The notes beneath the pieces were generated by a model that saw nothing but the letters and a program-made list of their open reading frames with translations, made no database searches and was not told where the DNA came from. 53,991 nucleotides of DNA from a virus (Duplodnaviria > Caudoviricetes), in the IMG/VR virus record IMGVR_UViG_3300047157_000023, positions 1 to 53,991 of that record; one strand, 5' to 3'. The position numbers and the translations under genes are program-made. Below, in pieces: positions 1 to 7,533 of the stretch. Numbering within the stretch: the stretch's first letter is position 1; each line of letters opens with the position of its first letter.

Positions 1-478
1 GCTCTCTACCCCAACGCCATGTCAAGGTAATGTTAGTTTCTTTCCAACGATCATTCATATATAGTCGATACGCTTCATGTGTATCTGCATGTTCTGAATA
101 ATCAACTCCACGTTCTAAGTTCCTAGCACAGTTGGCAAAAGGTGTCAAGCTCTTCACTAGGAAAATCTCCACTATCTGCATACTTTTGAAAGTCAGTAAG
201 CAGATTAGCAGACTTATGCAACCCATCTTTTTGTAAGAATAGGTGTGACATATGGGACTAAGCAACCACTTGAAGTTATCTCGTGATTGCCTAGCCCAGA
301 TTGTACAAGGGTGGTTCAAGTACGCCACCTTGTACACCGATAGGTCAGTATCTGGAGACAGTACACGCACTGCGGTAGACAACATCTGTGCAGACTCAAG
401 TATCATCTTGTTCTTGCGGATGTCATCTAACCACTGTGCGGACTGCATCGGACACCGATCCAGTGCGAATATATTCAT
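1..478 (-). CDS. Pyrimidine-dimer DNA glycosylase (T4 endonuclease V/DenV-like) family protein, 3' truncated by window edge
   Basis: Not in ORF track because it runs off the edge. Hand translation from ATG 478 (AGGAG upstream): MNIFALDRCPMQSAQWLDDIRKNKMILESAQMLST...YKVAYLNHPCTIWARQSRDNFKWLL...LTPFANC...EAYRLY, matching the MNIF/KMILESAQMLST/NHPCTxW pattern. Compensating indels likely at ~140-255. Confidence 0.7.
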   Translation of the reverse strand, partial: MNIFALDRCPMQSAQWLDDIRKNKMILESAQMLSTAVRVLSPDTDLSVYKVAYLNHPCTIWARQSRDNFKWLLSPICHTYSYKKMGCISLLICLLTFKSMQIVEIFLVKSLTPFANCARNLERGVDYSEHADTHEAYRLYMNDRWKETNITLTWRWGRE

Positions 479-1210
479 TTGTATTAATTACTCCTATTGA
501 TTATAGCTTGTGCAAAGTCATTGAGCTTACCACTAAGCCATGTATTATCAGCCTGTTGAGCTTGCTTTAGCTGCATCAACTCAGCCTTGACTCTTGTTAT
601 GCTCAGTCTTTAACACCTTGAAGTTCCTAGCAACTCCTAGCAGCTCTAGTAGGCATAGGCTAGACGCTCTGGCAACTTTTTAGAGAGAAGCCATGCTTTC
701 TAAGCCACTGATTAAGTGGTACGTCTAGCCATGCCATAGTGGTCAGCAAACCTCCTGTTGAGTTATATCATGGATTGCCCATGTACATCTGACACGCCTG
801 CGATTTGAACATCTACACTGAAACGAATACCTTCTTGAATTACCCATAATAAACCTCCTACAGTTTGGGTTTAAATTAAACTGCGTACTTGTGCAGTCAC
901 GTTATAGTCTGCGACAAACCATCCACCATTGAATGACATATCATACAGACCAAAGTTTGGATCAGACTGTTGTATTTTTGACACAATATCAGACAGACTT
1001 TCACCAGACATCTCTACAGTTTTGGTATCATCACCATCAAAGTACGTACCCTTCTAACACATACTCATTTACAGAACGAGCCGCCTCACGCACTGCGGCA
1101 TAAGCAAACTTCATGACGCATTTCTACGCCTCATCTTGCTCCATACTGGGCACGTTACCGTGCTTTCTGGACACGTTTACTTGACAGACAACTTTCCTGT
1201 CGCACGTAAT

Positions 1211-1327
1211 TCATCCATTAGCATTTTCCATTATCCTTTCACAAATTGATCGGATGCGTGTAATGACAATAACTTTACCATCATCACCATATAGCACCCA
1301 CTTTTTATTATTATAGATTAGTCTCAT
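1211..1327 (-). CDS. Small early hypothetical protein (MRLIYNNKKW...)
   Basis: Internal ATG of the track ORF overlaps the end of the upstream gene; same strand as the early arm. Confidence 0.45.
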   Translation of the reverse strand: MRLIYNNKKWVLYGDDGKVIVITRIRSICERIMENANG

Positions 1328-1565
1328 TGTACTCATCCACAAACTCCACATTATAATCCAATACCTCCACCCATTTAAGACCATACACGTGTGCATAGTA
1401 GCCGTTGACGTGCCCACTTGACGCACTATGTCTAGGACAAGTTGCATTTTTCAATACATCTGGCTCACCACGAAAGTTTTCTATCGGATCATTCAATGAT
1501 ACTGGTTGCATATCATTCTCGGTTACTAGGCGAAATGTTGCCCCATTAAAGTTTTCTTCAATCAT
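1311..1565 (-). CDS. Early hypothetical protein
   Basis: 84 aa ORF with AAGGAG SD upstream on the - strand. Confidence 0.65.
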   Translation of the reverse strand: MIEENFNGATFRLVTENDMQPVSLNDPIENFRGEPDVLKNATCPRHSASSGHVNGYYAHVYGLKWVEVLDYNVEFVDEYNETNL

Positions 1566-1597
1566 GTTATACTCCTTCTCTCTATATTAACATGAGA

Positions 1598-1627
1598 AAA
1601 CACCCGACAAAATATTATCGGGTGTTT
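1598..1627 (-). terminator. Stem-loop after first early gene (terminator or RNase III-type processing site)
   Basis: AAACACCCGA (1598-1607) / TCGGGTGTTT (1618-1627), a perfect 10-bp inverted repeat. Confidence 0.5.
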
Positions 1628-1660
1628 ATCCAATACCAATCATAGTGTTATGTTATAACA

Positions 1661-2167
1661 TTATGCTGCTACTTTTTCTAATACCTTTTTATTATCCAAT
1701 TCTTTTTGGACAACTTGCAATGCTGCAATCATAGCACCAATTCTTTCTGGATTTCTTTTGGCAATACCTTGTGCATATTTGATTGGGTCAAATTCTTTAA
1801 CCTCAGCATCAGTATTGAAAGCACTAGCCCATTTATTACCTCGCATTGATACATTATCTACCACTAATTGATTTAATACTTCAACCGCACTATTTGATAA
1901 TGTAGCATTTTTAGTTTTAACAATGGTGCGATTTGTCTTTTTATCAGTAGTAATGTTTGCACCGATATAAACAGCTCTTACAGTAGCAGTTAATCCAGAC
2001 AATGCGTTGCTATCTTTTTTGACATTAACCTTGTCAAATAGAACTGATATGATTGAAGTATCACCAGTCTTGATTGCGTGGTTGATAGCGTCAAGTAATG
2101 CCTCGCCCATTTTTTGACCATTACCTAAGTTACGTGAAAAATTGTTTACTATGTTTGAAATACTCAT
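1661..2167 (-). CDS. First early gene, hypothetical protein
   Basis: 168 aa ORF with GGAG SD; first long ORF downstream of the putative early promoter. Confidence 0.8.
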   Translation of the reverse strand: MSISNIVNNFSRNLGNGQKMGEALLDAINHAIKTGDTSIISVLFDKVNVKKDSNALSGLTATVRAVYIGANITTDKKTNRTIVKTKNATLSNSAVEVLNQLVVDNVSMRGNKWASAFNTDAEVKEFDPIKYAQGIAKRNPERIGAMIAALQVVQKELDNKKVLEKVAA

Positions 2168-2820
2168 TTTTTAATCTCCAATTTTATATGAGTTTACGTT
2201 GTCGATATAACTTAATGTTATACCGCTAATGCACACTGTAAAATGTGCATTAAAAGTATAACATAGGGCGCTAAGTGTAAAACCTAACGCCCTAAAACTT
2301 TTTAACTTTCTGGTGAATATCCGTACTGTTTAAACCTTAGTTAATGGCTCAAACAAAATAACCACTTGATATAGAAAGTTTGCCTATACCGCATTGTTAT
2401 TTGGGACTGTTACCCTTTTTCATTTCCCACTTTGGGGAGTGCCCTTTTCAACCTCTTGTCTATGCTCAAGCATTTCAAATACTTAGGGCTGTTTCTATAT
2501 GAAACCACGCTATTCATTTAAACATAATTTAAACTAGTTTGAACTATACTCTAAGACACTAGCCGCTATTCAACTTCGGATCAAATAACTAGCTAGAATT
2601 GTTTCAGCTTTAATCGGCCTATGTGACGTTGCCATAATCACATACCATTTTATTTAGATGGAAGTTTTGCCAATCATCTCCAATGGTTTAAGAGATAATA
2701 GCCTCCGATAATCTGGGGCAAAACTAAATGTCAAATAACGTGGGCTTGCAAGTCTAGGGCTGAAATCTCACTCCGATTTCTGCACCCTGAAAATTGAAAA
2801 ACGACAACTCTCAAAAACGC

Positions 2821-2885
2821 TATAGATCAGAGTATCAAAATAGCGTCAAGCGAAAAAGTGTAAAAAAGATAAAAATAATTTTTTC
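2821..2885 (-). promoter_or_regulatory. Putative early sigma70 promoter with A/T-tract UP element
   Basis: On - strand TTGACG (2849-2844)-N17-TCTATA, with A/T tracts upstream at 2852-2885; points toward the early arm. Confidence 0.5.
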
Positions 2886-2963
2886 AGTAGTAGAAGCAGC
2901 GTGTACTTTTTTGGATTGTAGTGAATAAAGTTTAACGACACAAGTATAGTCAAAATATGTCAT

Positions 2964-3469
2964 ATTCAAATAGTTGAATGTTGCATCAGATCAAACGTAG
3001 TGAGCCGTGTGGAGTTTCCTAGGAACTGCGGTATAGTTGATACAGGATTTTTTGCGTAACTGGTGAGCTAATACAGCAGCTCTGTATTCAAATTTGCTTT
3101 CGAATTTTAGCCGATATTTGGCGATGTTCACTCTCAGGAAACTTTACTGGTAGGCACATCTGTCCACCCAGAGGAAACATGATAGTATTCACGGTTTGTT
3201 CTCTTGTTCTGTTTCTGTTCTAATTGAGAATGGTTCGCAACTAGGATAATGACCGTGTGATATTCAAAAAGTTGAATACTAAAGTTGTACATAAATCTTT
3301 TGTTATTGAGAATCACTCGCAAATATAACGTTATGTTATACTATAACACCAGTGATGTAATAGTATATTGTATTACATACTCAATAAAAACAATATGTTA
3401 TACATATTCGAATATGTGAATGTGTTCTGATAGTATTCTGCGAGATAGATGTTACGTTATAACATAACG
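2964..3469. promoter_or_regulatory. Cluster of palindromic/direct-repeat operators resembling host repressor boxes (ATTC-N8-GAAT, LexA, Fur/Mur, Zur)
   Basis: ATTC-N8-GAAT at 2964, 3262, 3406; RTTC-N7-RTTC at 3187, 3206, 3424; TTGAGAAT-N-RYTCGCAA at 3224, 3306; TGTTATA-C-TATAACA at 3334 with variants at 3450-3469. Confidence 0.6.
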
Positions 3470-3641
3470 GGTGCATGGGTCACGGGGGGTATGCCCGTAC
3501 GTATATATACCCAATGACAGAGATGGGGTTTTTTAGTTTGGACAAATTGTCGCACCTTGTAGCTAAAACAGCCTGTTAACCTTTATTTTGTAATCACAGT
3601 GTATAAATTACAATGTTTTTTAAAATAAATAAAAATAGTAG

Positions 3642-3670
3642 TTGACTTCGGCTGCAATATACTGTATAAT
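3642..3670 (+). promoter_or_regulatory. Sigma70-type promoter of late arm (P1)
   Basis: TTGACT-N17-TATAAT with an AT-rich upstream element. Confidence 0.75.
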
Positions 3671-3779
3671 TACTTATAGTATTACATAAAGAATACTTAA
3701 AGTAACTTTAAGTTTTAATTATTACTAATATATTAATAGTTATTATATACTTAAGGTAACTTTAAGTATACTTTAAGAC
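3671..3779. repeat. Array of imperfect 11-bp palindromes WACTTWAAGTW
   Basis: Copies at 3671 (variant), 3694, 3704, 3748 (variant), 3758, 3769 (variant); same motif at 53409-53468. Confidence 0.75.
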
Positions 3780-3817
3780 AAAATCTAAACTTTTTTTGTC
3801 GTCCCACTTAAAAAGTG

Positions 3818-3846
3818 TTGACTTTACCCTAAAAATTAGGTATAAC
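3818..3846 (+). promoter_or_regulatory. Sigma70-type promoter of late arm (P2)
   Basis: TTGACT-N17-TATAAC, preceded by palindrome CACTT-AAA-AAGTG (3805-3817). Confidence 0.65.
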
Positions 3847-3849
3847 TAG

Positions 3850-4104
3850 ATGAAGAAACCAACAATGTACTCTTCTGACAATGTCGTAGAGGAATTTTAT
3901 AGGGCATTAGCTTCAGAAGACGAAGGTAAACTCCGTAGAGTGCACATTCCTAGATCCGATGTGTTCTACATTAGAGAAAAAATACGAAATGATACAGGTA
4001 TAAAGTACTCTCTGGACAGGGTAGAGAGAGCTATGTACCTTGAAGGTCATTTAAAGGCTAGGGATGTTCTAGATCCCAGAAGAAAACGAGAATGGGAAGA
4101 CTAA
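3850..4104 (+). CDS. Hypothetical phage protein, first late-arm gene
   Basis: 84 aa ORF abutting the next gene; the start could be the ATG at 3865. Confidence 0.75.
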   Translation: MKKPTMYSSDNVVEEFYRALASEDEGKLRRVHIPRSDVFYIREKIRNDTGIKYSLDRVERAMYLEGHLKARDVLDPRRKREWED

Positions 4105-4374
4105 ATGGATGGCTTAAAGATACCAGTAGCTCTAGTTTTTGCAATGGCTATCCAATTAGTAGCATTAGTTTGGTATATTAGTAATCTAGTCCACGATATA
4201 GAACATCTGCAGAACACAGTAGTAGAACAGCAGGAACAATTAGACGTATTAAACCTAGATGTAAACGATCTGTGGAACTTTTGCACCTTCACTGAAAACA
4301 AATGGGCTGAAGCCTACGTTGGAGACATGGTTTATGAACGTGTCTGTGGAAATAAAGAGGTTATAGAGAAATAA
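4105..4374 (+). CDS. Membrane-anchored coiled-coil protein in lysis cassette
   Basis: N-terminal TM (IPVALVFAMAIQLVALVWYI) followed by a heptad-like segment; coupled to the next gene. Confidence 0.7.
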   Translation: MDGLKIPVALVFAMAIQLVALVWYISNLVHDIEHLQNTVVEQQEQLDVLNLDVNDLWNFCTFTENKWAEAYVGDMVYERVCGNKEVIEK

Positions 4375-4703
4375 TGGTAATAGACTTTGACGTAGATGGT
4401 GATGGTAAGATCACAGAACAAGAAGTAGCTATGAAAGAACGTATGCTTGAAGTAGAGCTACGTGAAGAGAAGGCTGAGTCACAAAAGAAGATGGCTTGGA
4501 TAGCTATGGTGATGATGATCGGCTTTACAGTTGTTCTATTTACACCACTAATGTCAGATACACGAGTAGCAGCCCTTGCAGATTTGTTAGGGTTGTTTTA
4601 TATTGCACAAACTGGTATAGTAGCAGCATATATGGGAGCTACAGCTTACATGGCAGGAAAGCCAATGGGCAATAAGGTAGCAATGAAGAAGGATATGAGA
4701 TGA
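4374..4703 (+). CDS. Putative holin with N-terminal EF-hand loop
   Basis: Two TM segments, basic C-terminus, directly upstream of the endolysin; DVDGDGKITEQE loop. Confidence 0.55.
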   Translation: MVIDFDVDGDGKITEQEVAMKERMLEVELREEKAESQKKMAWIAMVMMIGFTVVLFTPLMSDTRVAALADLLGLFYIAQTGIVAAYMGATAYMAGKPMGNKVAMKKDMR

Positions 4704-5167
4704 GTTTTAGACTAAGTCAGAGATCAATGGACAGATTAGAGGGTGTACATCCTGCTATGACTGGAGTTGTAGAAAGAGCTATACAACTTACAGATATAGA
4801 CTTTGGAGTTACTCAGGGTATACGTACCCTAGATGAACAAAAAGCTAATGTAGCCGCAGGAAGATCTCAGACTATGCGTTCTAAGCACCTATTACAAGAT
4901 GATGGCTTTAGCCATGCAGTTGATGTAGTAGCTTACGTAGGCCCAGACGTATCCTGGGAGTTAAACCTGTATGATAACATCTGTGATGCTTTTAAACAAG
5001 CTGCAGAAGAGACTGGGGCATCCGTTAAGTGGGGAGCTGCCTGGTCTGAGGGAGATATTAGGTCGTATCCTGGCACAGCTGAGGATGCAATGATGGCATA
5101 CGTAGACTTACGTAGGTCTCAGGGTCGTAGGCCGTTTATTGATGCGCCTCATTTTGAGCTGATGTAA
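4700..5167 (+). CDS. Endolysin, peptidase M15 (L-Ala-D-Glu peptidase-like)
   Basis: LEGVHP, GIRTLDEQ, SKH...HAVD, WGAAW and DAPHFEL motifs of M15-family Zn endolysins. Confidence 0.9.
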   Translation: MSFRLSQRSMDRLEGVHPAMTGVVERAIQLTDIDFGVTQGIRTLDEQKANVAAGRSQTMRSKHLLQDDGFSHAVDVVAYVGPDVSWELNLYDNICDAFKQAAEETGASVKWGAAWSEGDIRSYPGTAEDAMMAYVDLRRSQGRRPFIDAPHFELM

Positions 5168-5550
5168 TGCGATGGGTAATTCTAACTCTATTCTTATCTG
5201 GTTGTGGTTTGAGTACTCTTCTGTCGCTAGGAGGATCAGGCGGTCCTACAGTAAATTCTAATGCACAGATAGGTGCAGAGAATAGACAGTCAGTAATGTC
5301 TGTAGAACAAACAGAAGAAGTTACTGCAGGTAGAGACGTTATACAAACTGAAGTTATAAAAGAAGTAGAAACAGGTAAAGTGGAAAATTTAGATATTATT
5401 AATACTAACATACCCCCTTGGGTAATGTTACTTCTAATACTTGGTTGGTTACTACCAACTCCAACAGAGATAGCTAGAGGCTTTATAAATTTTGTGTTAA
5501 GATTGTTTGGAAGAAAAGATAATCCAAAGTATGAAAGATATAAAACATGA
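5167..5550 (+). CDS. Putative unimolecular spanin
   Basis: Lipobox LFLSG-C at the N-terminus plus C-terminal TM (PWVMLLLILGWLL), directly after the endolysin; T1 gp11-type topology. Confidence 0.7.
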   Translation: MRWVILTLFLSGCGLSTLLSLGGSGGPTVNSNAQIGAENRQSVMSVEQTEEVTAGRDVIQTEVIKEVETGKVENLDIINTNIPPWVMLLLILGWLLPTPTEIARGFINFVLRLFGRKDNPKYERYKT

Positions 5551-5789
5551 GAAATTATAAGAACGAGTACAAAAAGTACCAAGGCACAGCTGCACAGAAA
5601 AAGAATAGAGCTTCACGTAATGCAGCTCGTAACACTTTAAAAAAAGCAGGGGTAGTTAAAAAAGGTGATGGTAAAGACGTAAACCATCGTAATGGTAATC
5701 CTAGGGATAATAGTGCAAAGAACCTGTCAGTAACAACTAAACGTGCTAACAGATCTTTTCCTAGAAATAGTAAAGCAGGAAAAAGATAA
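5547..5789 (+). CDS. Small basic HNH-like protein
   Basis: GKDVNHRNGNPRDNSAKNL...ANR resembles the HNH beta-beta-alpha motif. Confidence 0.6.
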   Translation: MRNYKNEYKKYQGTAAQKKNRASRNAARNTLKKAGVVKKGDGKDVNHRNGNPRDNSAKNLSVTTKRANRSFPRNSKAGKR

Positions 5790-6106
5790 TGGCAATACCT
5801 GAGCGAGTAAAAAACAAAATGAAAGAGGTTGGACTCAAGGGTGTCAACAAACCTCAACGTCTTAATGATAGCAGTGGTAAGTCCCATCATGTTATGGCCT
5901 CTGAAGGTGGTAAGTACAAGTACATCAAGTTTGGACAAAAAGGTGTAAAGACAAACCAGACTGCAGGGCAACGTGAAGCTTTTAAATCACGTCATGCAAA
6001 GAATATTAAAAAAGGTAAAATGTCTGCTGCATACTGGGCAGATAAGGTTAAGTGGAGTCCTTCAAAAACGAAGTCTCCCTCAAAGAAATGGAAAAAAGGA
6101 TCATAA
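5789..6106 (+). CDS. Lys-rich phage hypothetical protein
   Basis: 105 aa; IKFGQKG...AFKSRH...SAAYWA motifs; translationally coupled. Confidence 0.8.
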   Translation: MAIPERVKNKMKEVGLKGVNKPQRLNDSSGKSHHVMASEGGKYKYIKFGQKGVKTNQTAGQREAFKSRHAKNIKKGKMSAAYWADKVKWSPSKTKSPSKKWKKGS

Positions 6107-6107
6107 A

Positions 6108-6473
6108 ATGAAAACAACGGTAATCGCAACTGTAGTTGCACTAGCAGCTACATCAACATCAGCTATGGATTTTTCTGTCGCAGGACAGACATTATCTATC
6201 GGTGCAGACTCTGACATTAACTATACCACTGGTGTAGAGGACTGGGAGTGGGAACTAACACCATCAGCAGGATTAACTGCTATGGGTATTGGACTAAGTG
6301 TAGCTACTGACATTGATATGTTAGAGCTAGACGAAGGAGACATCTTTCAAGGACTAGACTTTACTGCAAAGTATGAGATACCTAGCACTTATATTAATTT
6401 ATATACTGAAGTATCTACAAACGCAGACTTAGAGTTTGGTGATGTAACAGTAGGGGCTATGGTTAGCTTCTAA
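6108..6473 (+). CDS. Putative small outer-membrane beta-barrel protein
   Basis: True start ATG 6108; signal peptide MKTTVIATVVALAATSTSA, alternating strands, terminal Phe (VTVGAMVSF). Confidence 0.65.
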   Translation: MKTTVIATVVALAATSTSAMDFSVAGQTLSIGADSDINYTTGVEDWEWELTPSAGLTAMGIGLSVATDIDMLELDEGDIFQGLDFTAKYEIPSTYINLYTEVSTNADLEFGDVTVGAMVSF

Positions 6474-6667
6474 TGTGGATAGCCTTTATGCTTCTCTGCA
6501 CTGGACCTTCTGCATTAACTTGCGAAGTTATGGCTAAAACAGAATCAACGTTTGTTACAGAGGAAGCATGTGTTCAAGAAGCATTAATAGTAGCTAGGTA
6601 CTTTCAAGAACAAGGGTATCTAGCAATACCAGAGTGTAAAAAAATAAATATGGGAGTTTCATTATGA
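6473..6667 (+). CDS. Small Cys-containing membrane/secreted protein
   Basis: 64 aa, hydrophobic N-terminus, 4 Cys; coupled to neighbours. Confidence 0.7.
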   Translation: MWIAFMLLCTGPSALTCEVMAKTESTFVTEEACVQEALIVARYFQEQGYLAIPECKKINMGVSL

Positions 6668-6759
6668 GAGTAATTAAATGGTTTGGAAGATATTTAAAAA
6701 GAATTGCATGTGCACTATTAAACATTAAATGCGGTGCAGATTGTAACTGTAAGGCTTAA
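6664..6759 (+). CDS. 31-aa Cys-rich peptide MRVIKWFGRYLKRIACALLNIKCGADCNCKA
   Basis: ATGA overlap with the upstream stop, GGGAG SD, fills the gap exactly. Confidence 0.5.
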   Translation: MRVIKWFGRYLKRIACALLNIKCGADCNCKA

Positions 6760-6763
6760 TAAC

Positions 6764-6943
6764 ATGAAGAAGAAATCCACTGTAAATGCTGCTGGTAACT
6801 ACACAAAACCGACTATGCGTAAGAATCTTGTCTCAAGAGTTAAAGCAGGTTCCAAAGGTGGCAAACCTGGGCAATGGTCGGCAAGAAAAGCGCAGATGGT
6901 TGCAAAACAATACAAAGCAAAAGGTGGGGGGTACAAGACGTGA
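6764..6943 (+). CDS. Basic protein, N-terminal half of DUF5872-like family
   Basis: YTKPTMRK...GSKGGKPGQWSARKAQMVAKQYKAKGGGY. Confidence 0.7.
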   Translation: MKKKSTVNAAGNYTKPTMRKNLVSRVKAGSKGGKPGQWSARKAQMVAKQYKAKGGGYKT

Positions 6944-7110
6944 AAGTAAACGCACCAAAAGGATACCACTGGATGAAACAGCCTGATGGTGGTTATAAGC
7001 TAATGAAACATACAGGTAAGTTTGTTCCTCACAAAGGAGCAAGCTTGTCTGCTAACTTTGCAATACAGAAGGTTCACAATGAGTCTAAAAAACCCACAAA
7101 AAAGTCTTAA
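6940..7110 (+). CDS. Small basic hypothetical protein
   Basis: GTG overlaps the upstream TGA; VNAPKGYHWMK...HKGASL. Confidence 0.6.
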   Translation: MKVNAPKGYHWMKQPDGGYKLMKHTGKFVPHKGASLSANFAIQKVHNESKKPTKKS

Positions 7111-7528
7111 GTCTTGGACTAAACAAAAGTGGAGAACTAAAAGTGGTAAGCCTAGTGCTAAGACTGGTGAACGTTATCTCCCTGATAAGGCTATTAAGTC
7201 TCTTAGCAGCAGTGAGTATGCCGCTACAACCAGAGTTAAACGAAAAGGCACGAAGGCAGGTAAACAGTTTGTAAAACAACCTAAAAAGATTGCCGACAAG
7301 GTTAAATCATATAGAGCAGTAGCAGAAGGAGGCGTTATGAAAAAACCAATGAATGAAGGAATGAAAGCACTTAAGAAAGAAGCACCAGATGTAGCCAAGA
7401 AGATGGGCTACAACTACGGTGGTATGACTAAGAAAAAGTCAGGCTACATGGGTGGTGGAATGGGTAAAATGAATGACATGCGTAAAACAGGAATGTTTTA
7501 TGGTGGCATGACTAAAAAGAAGGGTTAA
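7079..7528 (+). CDS. Basic protein, C-terminal half of DUF5872-like family, fused to a GG-motif Lys/Met-rich tail
   Basis: QKSLKSWTKQKWRTKSG...GERYLP...GKQFVKQP; possible internal start at ATG 7337 (GAAGGAGG SD). Confidence 0.7.
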   Translation: MSLKNPQKSLKSWTKQKWRTKSGKPSAKTGERYLPDKAIKSLSSSEYAATTRVKRKGTKAGKQFVKQPKKIADKVKSYRAVAEGGVMKKPMNEGMKALKKEAPDVAKKMGYNYGGMTKKKSGYMGGGMGKMNDMRKTGMFYGGMTKKKG

Positions 7529-7533
7529 GTACT

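Noticed and set aside
252-570. + strand ORFs 252-500 and 388-570
   Set aside because: Antisense to the motif-bearing glycosylase-like frame.
3134-3322. 62-aa - strand ORF in the terminal region
   Set aside because: No SD or protein-like features; overlaps the operator array.
2168-3849. CRISPR array, tRNA or dif site in the non-coding region
   Set aside because: No regular repeat-spacer pattern or cloverleaf seen; TTATGTTATA resembles the XerD arm but lacks a convincing XerC arm and fits a Zur-type palindrome better.
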